This document shows positions 1-8,488 of a stretch of 20,186 nucleotides of DNA, in pieces (position 1 is the stretch's first letter; each line of letters starts with the position of its first letter). Both the position numbers and the translations under genes were made by a program. This DNA comes from Verrucomicrobiales bacterium (GTDB lineage: Bacteria > Verrucomicrobiota > Verrucomicrobiia > Verrucomicrobiales > SLCJ01). A model generated the notes under the pieces. It searched no databases and was not told the DNA's origin. It saw only the letters and a list, made by a program, of their open reading frames with translations. The stretch is from the NCBI GenBank assembly GCA_046075565.1, contig JBJTQJ010000070.1, positions 1 to 20,186 on the forward strand. The letters are read 5' to 3'.

Positions 1-38
1 GAAATATAGGCGGCCGCTTAACGGGGGCAAGAAAGATT

Positions 39-668
39 TTAAGGGGTGCCGAGGTTCCCGATGACACGGATGCCATCCTCGCGGACCTGCAGGACTTCCA
101 GGCTGATGGGATAGATCGATTTTTCGAAGATGCCGAGGAGGAGAGCCGCCCGGGCCTCGAGGATTTCCGCATCGGCGCGGACAATGACCACGGTGTAGCG
201 GTCCGGCACGATGGCGAGCAAGGATTCCCCGTATTCCTCTTTGTGCCGCTCCCAGAGTTTGGGTGTAAGGATGATGCTGGCGGTGAGAGGGTCCTTGGAG
301 TGGTAGATGGAATGGGTGCTGGTTTTGCCGTCCGGGGCGAGCACTTTCTTGGGCTTGAGGCCTTCGAGTCGCTGTTCGATACCGGGCATCGCGGCCTTTC
401 TCGCGGCCTCAAGGTCTTTACCGAGCAGTTTCAGTTCATCCGGCTTGAGAAAGACCGGTTCCCCCTTTTTGTCGAGCCGGCCCACGGAAACCCCGATTTC
501 TTTGGCCCCGGGGAGCAGTTCCCAGACCGGCGGAGCCTGGAAACGAGGCTCAATGAGCACGCGCAAATCCTTCGGATCCGGCTTTTCCGGCAATGGGGCC
601 TGGGCCGCGAGGTGGATGGCTGCGGCAAGAAAGAGAAAAATGGCCGATTTTCGGGGGAGCGACGGCAT
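39..668 (-). CDS. Exported hypothetical protein, C-terminus DUF1444/YtpQ-like
   Basis: ORF 39..683. ATG at 668 preferred: it gives a signal peptide (MPSLPRKSAIFLFLAAAIHLAAQA) and lies 5 nt after a TGn-TAGAGT -10. The segment TASIILTPKLWE...GESLLAIVPDRYTVVIV resembles DUF1444 from memory; family call tentative. Confidence 0.7.
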   Translation of the reverse strand: MPSLPRKSAIFLFLAAAIHLAAQAPLPEKPDPKDLRVLIEPRFQAPPVWELLPGAKEIGVSVGRLDKKGEPVFLKPDELKLLGKDLEAARKAAMPGIEQRLEGLKPKKVLAPDGKTSTHSIYHSKDPLTASIILTPKLWERHKEEYGESLLAIVPDRYTVVIVRADAEILEARAALLLGIFEKSIYPISLEVLQVREDGIRVIGNLGTP

Positions 669-673
669 CAGGA

Positions 674-702
674 ACTCTAGCACCCCTCGTCAATTCCCGC
701 AA
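674..702 (-). promoter_or_regulatory. Putative sigma70 promoter, leaderless, for gene 39..668
   Basis: Minus strand reads TTGCGG-17 nt-TAGAGT with extended TG, then 5 nt to ATG. Confidence 0.55.
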
Positions 703-708
703 AATTCC

Positions 709-737
709 TTCGCCGCCGCCGGGTTACCGCGTAAAAT
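709..737 (+). promoter_or_regulatory. Putative sigma70 promoter of ruvA
   Basis: TTCGCC(709-714)-17 nt-TAAAAT(732-737), upstream of ATG 765. Confidence 0.45.
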
Positions 738-764
738 TTCCTGCCCACCCAAATTCCAACCGGC

Positions 765-1373
765 ATGATCGCATTTCTCCGCGGCAGCATCGCCCGCAAT
801 CTCCCCAATCTGCTCTGGCTCGATGTGAACGGCGTCGGCTATGCCGTGCACGTGCCCATGGGCAGCTTTGATGCGAAGGTCGAGGGGGAAAAAGTACAGG
901 TGCTCACCCATCTCATCGTGCGCGAGGACGCTCATACCCTCTACGGGTTTCCCAGCGAGGAAGCCCGGGAAATTTTCCTGCTTCTCATCGAGCGCGTGAC
1001 CGGTGTCGGACCGAAGATGGCCATGGCGATTCTCGGCGGGTTGAGCGTGGGGGACTTCAAGGACGCGGTGGTCAGCGGCGACCTCGCCCGGCTATCCAAG
1101 ATCAGCGGGGTCGGGAAAAAAACCGCCGAACGCATCGTTCTCGAATTGAAAGACAAAGTCGGCGTGACGGAAGTGTGGAAACTCGCCGCCGCCTCCAAAG
1201 GCAATCCCGCCGAAGCGGCTGCCAACGATGCCGTGCTCGGCCTGCTCGCCCTCGGTTACAAACAAGCCGATGCCCTCAATGCCGTGCGCAAAGTGCTGCC
1301 CGATCTCAGCAAGGATGGTCAAATACCCGCACCCGACGAGATCATCCGCTCCGCTCTCCGCGCCCTCAACTGA
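765..1373 (+). CDS. ruvA: Holliday junction branch migration protein RuvA
   Basis: MIAFLRG start, LDVNGVGYAV, THLIVREDAHTLYGF, HhH motifs VTGVGPKMA and ISGVGKKTAERIVLELKDK, C-terminal domain DAVLGLLALGY. Confidence 0.98.
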   Translation: MIAFLRGSIARNLPNLLWLDVNGVGYAVHVPMGSFDAKVEGEKVQVLTHLIVREDAHTLYGFPSEEAREIFLLLIERVTGVGPKMAMAILGGLSVGDFKDAVVSGDLARLSKISGVGKKTAERIVLELKDKVGVTEVWKLAAASKGNPAEAAANDAVLGLLALGYKQADALNAVRKVLPDLSKDGQIPAPDEIIRSALRALN

Positions 1374-1376
1374 AGC

Positions 1377-2708
1377 ATGGACGCTCTTCATCCATCCGCA
1401 ACCGGCCCATCGGATGCTGAACGTCTGGAACGTATCCACGCGGCCATGCCGGAGGGTGGCCTCTTCGCGGGCAAAGATTGGTTGTGGTCGCCGCGTCCGT
1501 TTGTCCTGTCGAAACGCGAATGGCAGACGCTGGAAAAACTCGGCCCGCTCCTGTGGAAATTCGTTCACGCCTGCGACAGCCTCTACCACCGCAGCGCCAA
1601 AGGAAAGTTGCCAGCGTGGATCGCGTCCTATGCCGATGCCGGAAAGCCGGCATGGTTGATTGAAGCCGCCCGCGCCAACCACCGGGAGGGCGAGCTGCCC
1701 CGTGTGCTCCGCCCGGACCTCGTGCTTACCGCCGGAGGATTCGCCATGAGCGAGCTGGACAGCGTGCCAGGTGGCATCGGGTTGTTAGGATGGCTCAACC
1801 GGACGCACGCCGCGCTCGGCGACAAGGTGATCGGCGGACCCGATGGCATGCTCGAAGGTTTCGCATCGCTCTTCGACAGTTCGGGTGTCATTGCCGTTTC
1901 CAAAGAAAGCGCCGACTACCGACCGGAAATGGAGTGGCTGGCCGCCCGCCTGCGGGAAAACGATCGCGAAATCGCAGTCGAAGATGCCGAAACCCTGCAA
2001 CCGGACGGACGGGAGATTTACCGGTTCTTCGAACTTTTCGATTGGGAAAATCTGCCATCGTTCCGACCGTTGCTCGACGCGTGGAAAAAGGGCGCGCAAC
2101 CGGTCACCGCGCCTTTCAAACCATGGCTCGATGAAAAACTCTGGCTGGCCTTGCTCTGGTCCGCTCCGCTGCAGGAACACTGGGACCTACTGATGCGCCG
2201 GGCATGGAAACAGACCCTGCAATCCATCGTGCCGTTCGGATGGGTGGTGGACCCCACTCCCCGGCCTCCGCATGGAGTATTGCCGCGCCTCGGTGTCCAA
2301 TCGTGGGATGCCGTGGCCGCCCTTTCGCAAAAGCACCGCGAGCTGGTGCTGAAAGTAAGCGGGTTTCATCCTCTCGCCTGGGGCGCCCGCAGCGTTTCCA
2401 TTGGCCACGATCTTCCGCAAACCGAGTGGGCGGAGGTACTTCGAACGGCCCAGGTAGATTTCCCCCGCGCTCCGTGGATACTGCAGGAATTCCACCACGC
2501 CCGGATTGTCCGCCATCCTTATCAGGATCGAACCAGTGGAGCCATTGTGGAGATGGAAGCCAAGGCCCGCATCACCCCTTACTACTTCGCCGGTCGCGAT
2601 GGAAAAATTCGCCTCGGCGGCGTGCATGCCACCCTTTGTCCATCCGACAAAAAAATCCTCCACGGCATGAGCGACGCCATCATGGTGCCGTGTGTGGTGG
2701 AGGAATAA
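1377..2708 (+). CDS. Uncharacterised ATP-grasp-like ligase (glutathionylspermidine synthase / circularly permuted ATP-grasp-like)
   Basis: 443 aa, starts 3 nt after the ruvA stop. Motifs RPDLVLT...SELDSVPGG (R-x-D...E-x-D/N), LVLKVSG..WGARSV and WILQEF match ATP-grasp amide ligases. Confidence 0.75.
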   Translation: MDALHPSATGPSDAERLERIHAAMPEGGLFAGKDWLWSPRPFVLSKREWQTLEKLGPLLWKFVHACDSLYHRSAKGKLPAWIASYADAGKPAWLIEAARANHREGELPRVLRPDLVLTAGGFAMSELDSVPGGIGLLGWLNRTHAALGDKVIGGPDGMLEGFASLFDSSGVIAVSKESADYRPEMEWLAARLRENDREIAVEDAETLQPDGREIYRFFELFDWENLPSFRPLLDAWKKGAQPVTAPFKPWLDEKLWLALLWSAPLQEHWDLLMRRAWKQTLQSIVPFGWVVDPTPRPPHGVLPRLGVQSWDAVAALSQKHRELVLKVSGFHPLAWGARSVSIGHDLPQTEWAEVLRTAQVDFPRAPWILQEFHHARIVRHPYQDRTSGAIVEMEAKARITPYYFAGRDGKIRLGGVHATLCPSDKKILHGMSDAIMVPCVVEE

Positions 2709-2714
2709 GAGCCC

Positions 2715-3548
2715 TTATGCCTTCTGCCATCCGCTTTCGCTGCGCTGCAGAGAGCCTCTGATTCTACCCGATTGGAAGGCATCCTGAGAGCGAACCACTT
2801 CCACCAGCCGGAGCCGGCCGGGTTCCGATTCCACGAAATGCGGTTTGGTGAAGGGATGGAACGCTCCGGTATTGATAATCCACCGTCCACGGCGGAACCA
2901 CATGCCGGCCCGGTGGGTGTGCCCCATAATCAGGACTTTGGCGCGGGGAGTGAATTCCTCCATCCACATGGCAACACGTTCGGGGCCGTTTTTCCAAATA
3001 TCGATGATGGCGAGCGGCGTCGTTGGCGGCCACGCGGCATGGGAGATGGTTTCGAGTTTCCCAAGGAAGCCAGTGAACCTCCGGGGACGGGGGTGAAATG
3101 CCCGGGCGTAGGCCTTGGCGAGGGCGGCGCGCGCCTCCACCGTGCGGGCATTCGGAAATCCCCCCGCGTTCGCCTCCGCAGCGTCGAGTTTGGCTTTGAC
3201 CTTGGGCACCCAAGGGCTCCACGGCGAGCCGTAGCGGAAACAAATGTCGCCATGGGTCACAACCACCTCGCCATCCTCGAATTCAAGCAACGTCGGGCCA
3301 TCCCGGTCGGGGTCGTGATTGCCCGGCATGACGATCGGCTCCGGTCCGGATTCTCTCATCCGCGTGAACAACTCCCCGGCCAGCGCCAGCGAACCCTCCG
3401 CGAGCGAGCCGGAGCAGGTCTCGACCGTGTCGCCATTCAGAATGACCCTGCCTCCGCCGTGGAAGAGGGGTAGCAAATCCCCCACCTGCCGGACGGTCGA
3501 GGCGGGATGTCCGAGGTGGATATCGGAGAAAATGCGGGTGGCGGGCAC
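2715..3548 (-). CDS. Calcineurin-like metallophosphoesterase (LpxH-like)
   Basis: C-terminal 277 aa of ORF 2715..4520. Motifs SDIHLG, LNGDTV, PGNHD, THGD, MGHTH, INTG. GTG start at 3548 lies 6 nt after TATGGT. Confidence 0.9.
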   Translation of the reverse strand: MPATRIFSDIHLGHPASTVRQVGDLLPLFHGGGRVILNGDTVETCSGSLAEGSLALAGELFTRMRESGPEPIVMPGNHDPDRDGPTLLEFEDGEVVVTHGDICFRYGSPWSPWVPKVKAKLDAAEANAGGFPNARTVEARAALAKAYARAFHPRPRRFTGFLGKLETISHAAWPPTTPLAIIDIWKNGPERVAMWMEEFTPRAKVLIMGHTHRAGMWFRRGRWIINTGAFHPFTKPHFVESEPGRLRLVEVVRSQDAFQSGRIRGSLQRSESGWQKA

Positions 3549-3554
3549 AGGACC

Positions 3555-3619
3555 ACCATAGCCGGATTCGGGTTCCCGCCAACTGCGGGATGGACACCGC
3601 CCCGTCCCCGTGGTATCGA
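3555..3619. promoter_or_regulatory. Back-to-back divergent sigma70-like promoters
   Basis: Minus: TTGGCG-16-TATGGT-6 nt-GTG(3548). Plus: TGGACA(3591)-17-TATCGA(3614, extended TG)-8 nt-ATG(3628). Confidence 0.5.
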
Positions 3620-3627
3620 ACAGGCCC

Positions 3628-4965
3628 ATGTCCATTCCAAGGATTCTTCTCTCCGCCACTCTCTTGGCCAGCCTCTCCCCCACCCCGGGATTCGCCGCCG
3701 AAGCCCCGCCACCGGCCAATCTCGATGCGACCCTCAAGCAGCTCATGGCGAATGCCCTCGCCAAGGAAAAACGCGAGAAGGCTGCCAACGACGCCGAGGA
3801 AGCGAAGCGTCTAGCCCGCGAAGAGAAGGAAGCCGCCGGGCGAGCGAAAGAAGTAGACGCCGCCGCGAAGCGGGCCGCTCGTGAAAAAGAAAAGGCCGAA
3901 GCCAAAACCAAGGCGGATGAAAAGGCCGCCGCTGAGAAGGCGGAGAAGTTGAAATCGCGCGAGGAAAAGGACGCCGCGACCCGTGCAAAAGAGGAAGCCC
4001 GTGCGAAGGAAAGAGCGGAAGCGAAAATCAAAGAGGAAGAAAAAGCCGCCGCCGAGAAAGCGGAGAAGTTGAAATCGCTCGAGGAAAAAGAAGCCGCGGC
4101 ACGCGCAAAAGAGGAAGCGCGCGAGAAAGAGAAAGCGGAAGCGAAAACCAAAGAGGAAAAAAAAGAGGACAATGCCCAACCCGATGCCGGGGGAGAGAAA
4201 GACGCGCCGGATGCTCCGGTTGTGGAAAAATCTCCTGACAAACGCCGCGGTCTCTTTTCCGGCTGGTTCGGCAAAAAAGACAAACCGGAAACCGAAGATC
4301 TGCCCGTCCCAGGGGAAGCCGAGGAAGAAAAAGAAAAACCCAAGGCAAGCGAGAACCCTCCTGAGAAGGAGACCGCCAAACCGGAAGCCGGTGAACCGGA
4401 AGAGTCCGCAACCCGGAAGAAACCCGGGCTTTTCTCCCGCATGTTCGGGAAGAAGGATGCCGACACCGGGGAGGCAAAACCGGATGACGCCGATTTGTTA
4501 GAAGAAACACCGAAGGACAAACCAGAGAAAGCTAATGAAAAAGAGGCAGAGGAACCGAAGCCGGTGAAACGGCGTGGATTCTTCTTCTTCGGTCAGAAAA
4601 AAGACCAGCCCGAAGCGGAGCCCGTGGAAGACGAAAATGTGGAATGCGAAGAGACCGATCCTGCCAAACGCGGCTTCTGGCAAAAGCTCACTTCAAAAAC
4701 CCCCGAGCCGGGCACAAAGAAAAAGAAGAAGAAAAAGTTCCGTTGGCCTTGGAGTCAGGAAAAGCAAGCTCCGGAGGAAGAATCAGGGGCCTCGCCCGAG
4801 CCGACGCCAAAAACCAAACCCGTAGCCACGGTCGAACCGCTCCCCATGCCCGAGATCAAACCCCGGGAACCGGAAACCGGGCTCGCGCCGGCCAATTCGA
4901 ATCAACCGCCCCCGGGCAAAAAACCGGATCCCATCGACGATATCGATTTGTATCCGGGGAGGTGA
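3628..4965 (+). CDS. Exported low-complexity Lys/Glu/Ala-rich protein (TolA-like helical region plus disordered tail)
   Basis: Signal peptide MSIPRILLSATLLASLSPTPGFA, then E/K/A helical repeats, then a P/E/K-rich tail with repeated KRRGLFSGWFGKK-like motifs. No TolA C-terminal domain seen. Confidence 0.8.
   Translation: MSIPRILLSATLLASLSPTPGFAAEAPPPANLDATLKQLMANALAKEKREKAANDAEEAKRLAREEKEAAGRAKEVDAAAKRAAREKEKAEAKTKADEKAAAEKAEKLKSREEKDAATRAKEEARAKERAEAKIKEEEKAAAEKAEKLKSLEEKEAAARAKEEAREKEKAEAKTKEEKKEDNAQPDAGGEKDAPDAPVVEKSPDKRRGLFSGWFGKKDKPETEDLPVPGEAEEEKEKPKASENPPEKETAKPEAGEPEESATRKKPGLFSRMFGKKDADTGEAKPDDADLLEETPKDKPEKANEKEAEEPKPVKRRGFFFFGQKKDQPEAEPVEDENVECEETDPAKRGFWQKLTSKTPEPGTKKKKKKKFRWPWSQEKQAPEEESGASPEPTPKTKPVATVEPLPMPEIKPREPETGLAPANSNQPPPGKKPDPIDDIDLYPGR
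3877..4160 (+). repeat. Intragenic tandem repeat, 120-bp (40-aa) period, about 2.3 copies
   Basis: GAGAA(G/A)GCGGAGAAGTTGAAATCGC recurs at 3934 and 4054. REKEKAEAKTK / RAKERAEAKIK / REKEKAEAKTK recur at 40-aa spacing. Confidence 0.9.
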
Positions 4966-5020
4966 TTGCCGATGGGGTTTGCCCTGCTGGGTAATTCTCG
5001 CCGGAAGCCCTCGACTCTGG

Positions 5021-5093
5021 GTTGGAGTTCGGGCTTTAGCCCGTTTCTCCGTCGTTACTGAGGCATGAGCCGGGCTAAAGCCCGAACTCCAAC
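5021..5093. repeat. REP-like inverted doublet with perfect 23-bp arms
   Basis: GTTGGAGTTCGGGCTTTAGCCCG (5021-5043) and its exact reverse complement (5071-5093), 27-nt spacer. Each arm contains the hairpin CGGGCT-NN-AGCCCG with a GGAG foot. Confidence 0.85.
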
Positions 5094-5172
5094 AAACCGA
5101 CACCATCACGGACAACCGTCCTGCTCAAATCGGAACCCCTGTTCTCAGACACAATCCTGATGGGAATGAAGG

Positions 5173-5196
5173 CTCGATGCGGTCCAGAGCATCGAG
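5173..5196. other. Hairpin downstream of sdhB (possible terminator or degenerate REP)
   Basis: CTCGATGC-8 nt-GCATCGAG between convergent genes; no clear U-tract. Confidence 0.35.
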
Positions 5197-5239
5197 AAAT
5201 CTCTGTCGCTCCGTTTGGCTATCCGAAACCGATCCACGC

Positions 5240-5992
5240 TTACGCGAAAGCCTCGCGCGCAGACGCGGCGGCATAGTCGCGGTTGAGCTTCGAAATGACA
5301 TCCGCAGGGATGGATTTCGGACAGACCGCCTCGCACTCGTAGTGGTTCGTGCAATTGCCGAATCCTTCCGCGTCCATTTGCCTTACCATGGCGAGCACGC
5401 GTTTGTCTTTTTCCGGCGCTCCTTGGGGAAGGTAGTTGAGGTGCGCCGCTTTGGCGGAGACGAAGAGCATGGCGGATCCATTCGGGCAGGCGGCCACACA
5501 GGCCCCGCATCCGATACAGGCGGCGGCATCGAAAGCGTGATCGGAATCTTCCTTTTCGATGGGTATGGAATTCGCCTCTACGGCTGATCCGGTGCGCACG
5601 GAGATATAACCACCCGCCGCGATGATGCGGTCGAAAGCGGTGCGATCAACAACGAGATCCTGCAGCACCGGGAACGGTTGGGCGCGCCATGGTTCGATGA
5701 AAATCGTGTCGCCGTCGCGGTAGTGGCGCATGTGGAGCTGGCAAGTCGTGATGCCGGAGTCCGGGCCATGGGGAATGCCATTGATGGTGAGCGAGCACAT
5801 CCCGCAGATGCCTTCGCGGCAGTCGTGGTCGAATGCAATCGGACGTTTGCCTTGGGCCAGAAGATGCTCATTGACGATGTCGAGCATTTCGAGGAAAGAG
5901 GCCTCTGCCGGAATATCGGGACTCGGGATGGTTTCAATGTGCCCTTTGGCATTCGGGCTGTCCTGGCGCCAGACTTTAAGTGTCAATTTCAT
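5240..5992 (-). CDS. sdhB: Succinate dehydrogenase / fumarate reductase iron-sulfur subunit
   Basis: [10 protein letters not shown] start, [39 protein letters not shown] and [17 protein letters not shown] cysteine motifs. Confidence 0.96.
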   Translation of the reverse strand: MKLTLKVWRQDSPNAKGHIETIPSPDIPAEASFLEMLDIVNEHLLAQGKRPIAFDHDCREGICGMCSLTINGIPHGPDSGITTCQLHMRHYRDGDTIFIEPWRAQPFPVLQDLVVDRTAFDRIIAAGGYISVRTGSAVEANSIPIEKEDSDHAFDAAACIGCGACVAACPNGSAMLFVSAKAAHLNYLPQGAPEKDKRVLAMVRQMDAEGFGNCTNHYECEAVCPKSIPADVISKLNRDYAAASAREAFA

Positions 5993-6180
5993 GATCGGTT
6001 CGTGGAAGAACGTGGTCTCGGATTGGAGGCCGACGCCCTCACCATTGCGCGGATTTCGCATCTGGCAAAAGCGAATCTTGCCTCACGATAATTTTTTACG
6101 CCCATCCGCCCGTCTAGGCCGCAAATTTGCCAATTTTTCCCCTTTCCTGCGGAAAAAACCGGAAGATTGGGTCAATGAGG

Positions 6181-6200
6181 AAAAGGAGCATTCGTGCTCC
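6181..6200 (-). terminator. Putative intrinsic terminator of the cutC/MlrC-type unit
   Basis: Minus strand GGAGCA-CGAA-TGCTCC followed by TTTT, about 30 nt after the stop at 6230. Confidence 0.55.
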
Positions 6201-6229
6201 GTCCTTTGAGAGCGGGCCGACCGACGTTT

Positions 6230-7714
6230 TCAGCGAAAATTCCCGAACGATGTCCAGATTCGGGTCTCCGGGACCCACGAAAAATCCCCATCCAGCGGGT
6301 GGATCGGACGCCGGAGGTTGTAGTATGAGTCAAAAGGAATGCGGGGCGGGACCGAGCCTTCCGAAAGCAGGAGCAAATGCCGCGCGGCCATGGATTTCAA
6401 TTCGGGCTCAAGATACCCGATCTTTACGACCACAACCTCCGCCGTTCGGGGTTCGAGGCCGAGGCGGAGGAAATCTTCCCTCCGATGGTAAGCCCGGCGA
6501 CGCGCGGCCACGATCACCCTCAATCCACCCATGGCGAGCACGACCTCGAGATCATCGGGTGCGCCATTGCCAAGGGAAACAAATTCCACCCGCGCCCGGC
6601 AGGGCCAAGGCTCGTGGCGGGGATCCAATTTTCCGCCGAGGCGAAGTTCGACCATTTTCCCCTCTCCCGCGGCGGCGGCGGTGCTGGCGCTTTCCGCGTC
6701 GGCAATGAAGGCGAAGATAGCTCGTTGCTCGCTGGCTCCCGCGATTTCCGGTTGTCGGGCCAGCACTTGCAGGACACCCGTCACGTCACCGGTGGAACCA
6801 GCTGTGGGGTTGTCACCGGCGTCGCTGAGGAAAAATGGTTTCGGACCGTCCGTGAAGGCTTCGCGAATCCCGGCCTCCACTTCACGAGCCGGGGCGATGA
6901 AATTGAACTCCGCCCGTGCGCTCCAATAGCGTTCGGCGATCGAAGACGAAACCCTCACGGTTTCCTCGCGGTGGTGGCCGATGGCGACTGCACACGCACC
7001 GGAGCGAACTTGGTCGGCCCACGCGTAACCCACCCACAACGAGGCATCGAGCAAACCGGGCAAGCGCGACTCATCGGCCAGTGGGGTATAGAGCCCTCTG
7101 CCCGGTTCACACTCGGTGCTCGATTGTTCCCCGGAAACCAGCAGCGGAATTCCGGTCCACGCGCGATGAACCGGCCTCGGATCCTGCGACCAGTTTGCCA
7201 GCAAGCGCACGGCACGCTCCCGTGTCTCCATCCAATCCACATGCGGAGCGGTGCGGTAAGTGGTGATCCAGTCCACGTTTTCCATCAGTCGCGCGGACAC
7301 ATTTCCATGCAGATCCTGACTGCAGGTAAGCGGTCTCTCCCGGCCGATGCGCGCGCGGATGGCTTCCGCCAAATCCGCCTCCGCATCGTCCAGACCTTCC
7401 ATGCTCATCGCGCCATGGCAATCGAGATAAAAGGCATCCACATCTCCTGCCTCGTCGAGACGGTCGAGAATTTCCCTCTTCATGCTTTCATAACAATCGC
7501 GTGCCACCGGACCACCCGGCAAGGCGCGGAAGTGAGCAAGTGGAACAGGTTGGATGTTAGAGAACTCGGGACCAGAGAGAAACGGATACCGCTCCAGCAT
7601 GGCCGCCCCGGCCAACGGGAGAAAATCCGAGCGCCGCGAGAGCAGCGGCGAGAACGTGCTGCTTTCGATATGGATTCCGCCGATGGCGAGGCGCAGCGGT
7701 GCTCCTGCCTTCAT
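6230..7714 (-). CDS. M81 family metallopeptidase (MlrC-like)
   Basis: RLAIGGIHIESSTFSP, LDCHGAM, DLHGNV, YRTAPHVD, SDAGDNPTAG, VVVKIGYL, LRRPIHPLD. ATG at 7714 overlaps the cutC stop (ATGA). Confidence 0.92.
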   Translation of the reverse strand: MKAGAPLRLAIGGIHIESSTFSPLLSRRSDFLPLAGAAMLERYPFLSGPEFSNIQPVPLAHFRALPGGPVARDCYESMKREILDRLDEAGDVDAFYLDCHGAMSMEGLDDAEADLAEAIRARIGRERPLTCSQDLHGNVSARLMENVDWITTYRTAPHVDWMETRERAVRLLANWSQDPRPVHRAWTGIPLLVSGEQSSTECEPGRGLYTPLADESRLPGLLDASLWVGYAWADQVRSGACAVAIGHHREETVRVSSSIAERYWSARAEFNFIAPAREVEAGIREAFTDGPKPFFLSDAGDNPTAGSTGDVTGVLQVLARQPEIAGASEQRAIFAFIADAESASTAAAAGEGKMVELRLGGKLDPRHEPWPCRARVEFVSLGNGAPDDLEVVLAMGGLRVIVAARRRAYHRREDFLRLGLEPRTAEVVVVKIGYLEPELKSMAARHLLLLSEGSVPPRIPFDSYYNLRRPIHPLDGDFSWVPETRIWTSFGNFR

Positions 7715-8463
7715 GGGTTTGCCGCCAAATGGCAATCAAGAATTTCGCGGCAACGAAGGATCGACTGTGCGGAAGCCACCCGCCATGCATACTCATCCTT
7801 GCGGGTGAAATCTCCCATGTGGCATCCGGCATTACGAAAAACCATCCCGCTTGTCACGCCACGGCGCGAACTCAGATGCACTTCACGCGCTCTCGTCTCC
7901 TCGAGCACATCGGCGAGATTCTCCGGGGAGATCCCGCCGCCCGGCATGATCACCATCCCGGGAGGAAGGAAACCGTTCAGTTCGCGCAGGATGGCCGCAC
8001 CGGATGGCACATCGACTTTTCCACCAGAACTGAGGATACGCCGGATGCCGAGATCGTAAATGGTTTGCAGGGATTCCCGTAGATCGCGACTCATATCGAA
8101 AGCACGATGAAAGGTCACATCGAGTCCGGGAGCCTCATTGATCAACGCGCGGCAGTTTTCCTGATCCACCGTGCCGTCAGCGTGCAGGCATCCGATGACA
8201 ATGCCATCGGCTCCGGCGTCGCGTGCATTACGGACGTCGCACCTCATCACTGCGTGTTCATCGGGATCGAAAAGAAAATCGTAACCGCGAGGCCGAATGA
8301 TGACCATGACCTTCCCCGGAAAGACTTTGCGAACCTGTTCGATCATGCCCGCGCTCGGGGTGGTGCCGCCTTCGGGAAGCGCGGCGCAGAGTTCGACCCG
8401 ATCGGCACCGCCCTCGGCGGCCGCGCGCGCGGAAGCAACACTATCAATGCAGATTTCCAACAT
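7711..8463 (-). CDS. cutC: Copper homeostasis protein CutC
   Basis: LEICIDS, GADRVELCAALPEGGTTPS, IIRPRGYDF, TFHRAFD, RILSSGG, IMPGGGI. Confidence 0.96.
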   Translation of the reverse strand: MLEICIDSVASARAAAEGGADRVELCAALPEGGTTPSAGMIEQVRKVFPGKVMVIIRPRGYDFLFDPDEHAVMRCDVRNARDAGADGIVIGCLHADGTVDQENCRALINEAPGLDVTFHRAFDMSRDLRESLQTIYDLGIRRILSSGGKVDVPSGAAILRELNGFLPPGMVIMPGGGISPENLADVLEETRAREVHLSSRRGVTSGMVFRNAGCHMGDFTRKDEYAWRVASAQSILRCREILDCHLAANP

Positions 8464-8488
8464 ACGTGAACGTGGCCGGGTTCGGGCT

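Noticed and set aside
684-764. LexA box upstream of ruvA
   Set aside because: No TGTTC-N4-GAACA, GAAC-N4-GTTC or CTGT-N8-ACAG seen.
3549-4520. N-terminal 324 aa of the 601-aa minus-strand ORF (Ser/Phe/Ala-rich)
   Set aside because: It is the antisense shadow of the K/E/A-rich plus-strand gene. Phosphoesterase motifs begin only after 3548, where a promoter-like element sits.
3628-4965. Calling the repeat protein tolA
   Set aside because: The signal looks cleavable, there is no TolA C-terminal domain, and tolQ/R/B are not neighbours.
6230-7714. Microcystin degradation cluster
   Set aside because: M81 peptidases are widespread, and mlrA, mlrB and mlrD are absent from the window.
6377-8059. 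560-aa plus-strand ORF
   Set aside because: Antisense to the well-supported MlrC-like and cutC genes, with no recognisable motifs; long shadow ORFs are expected at high GC.
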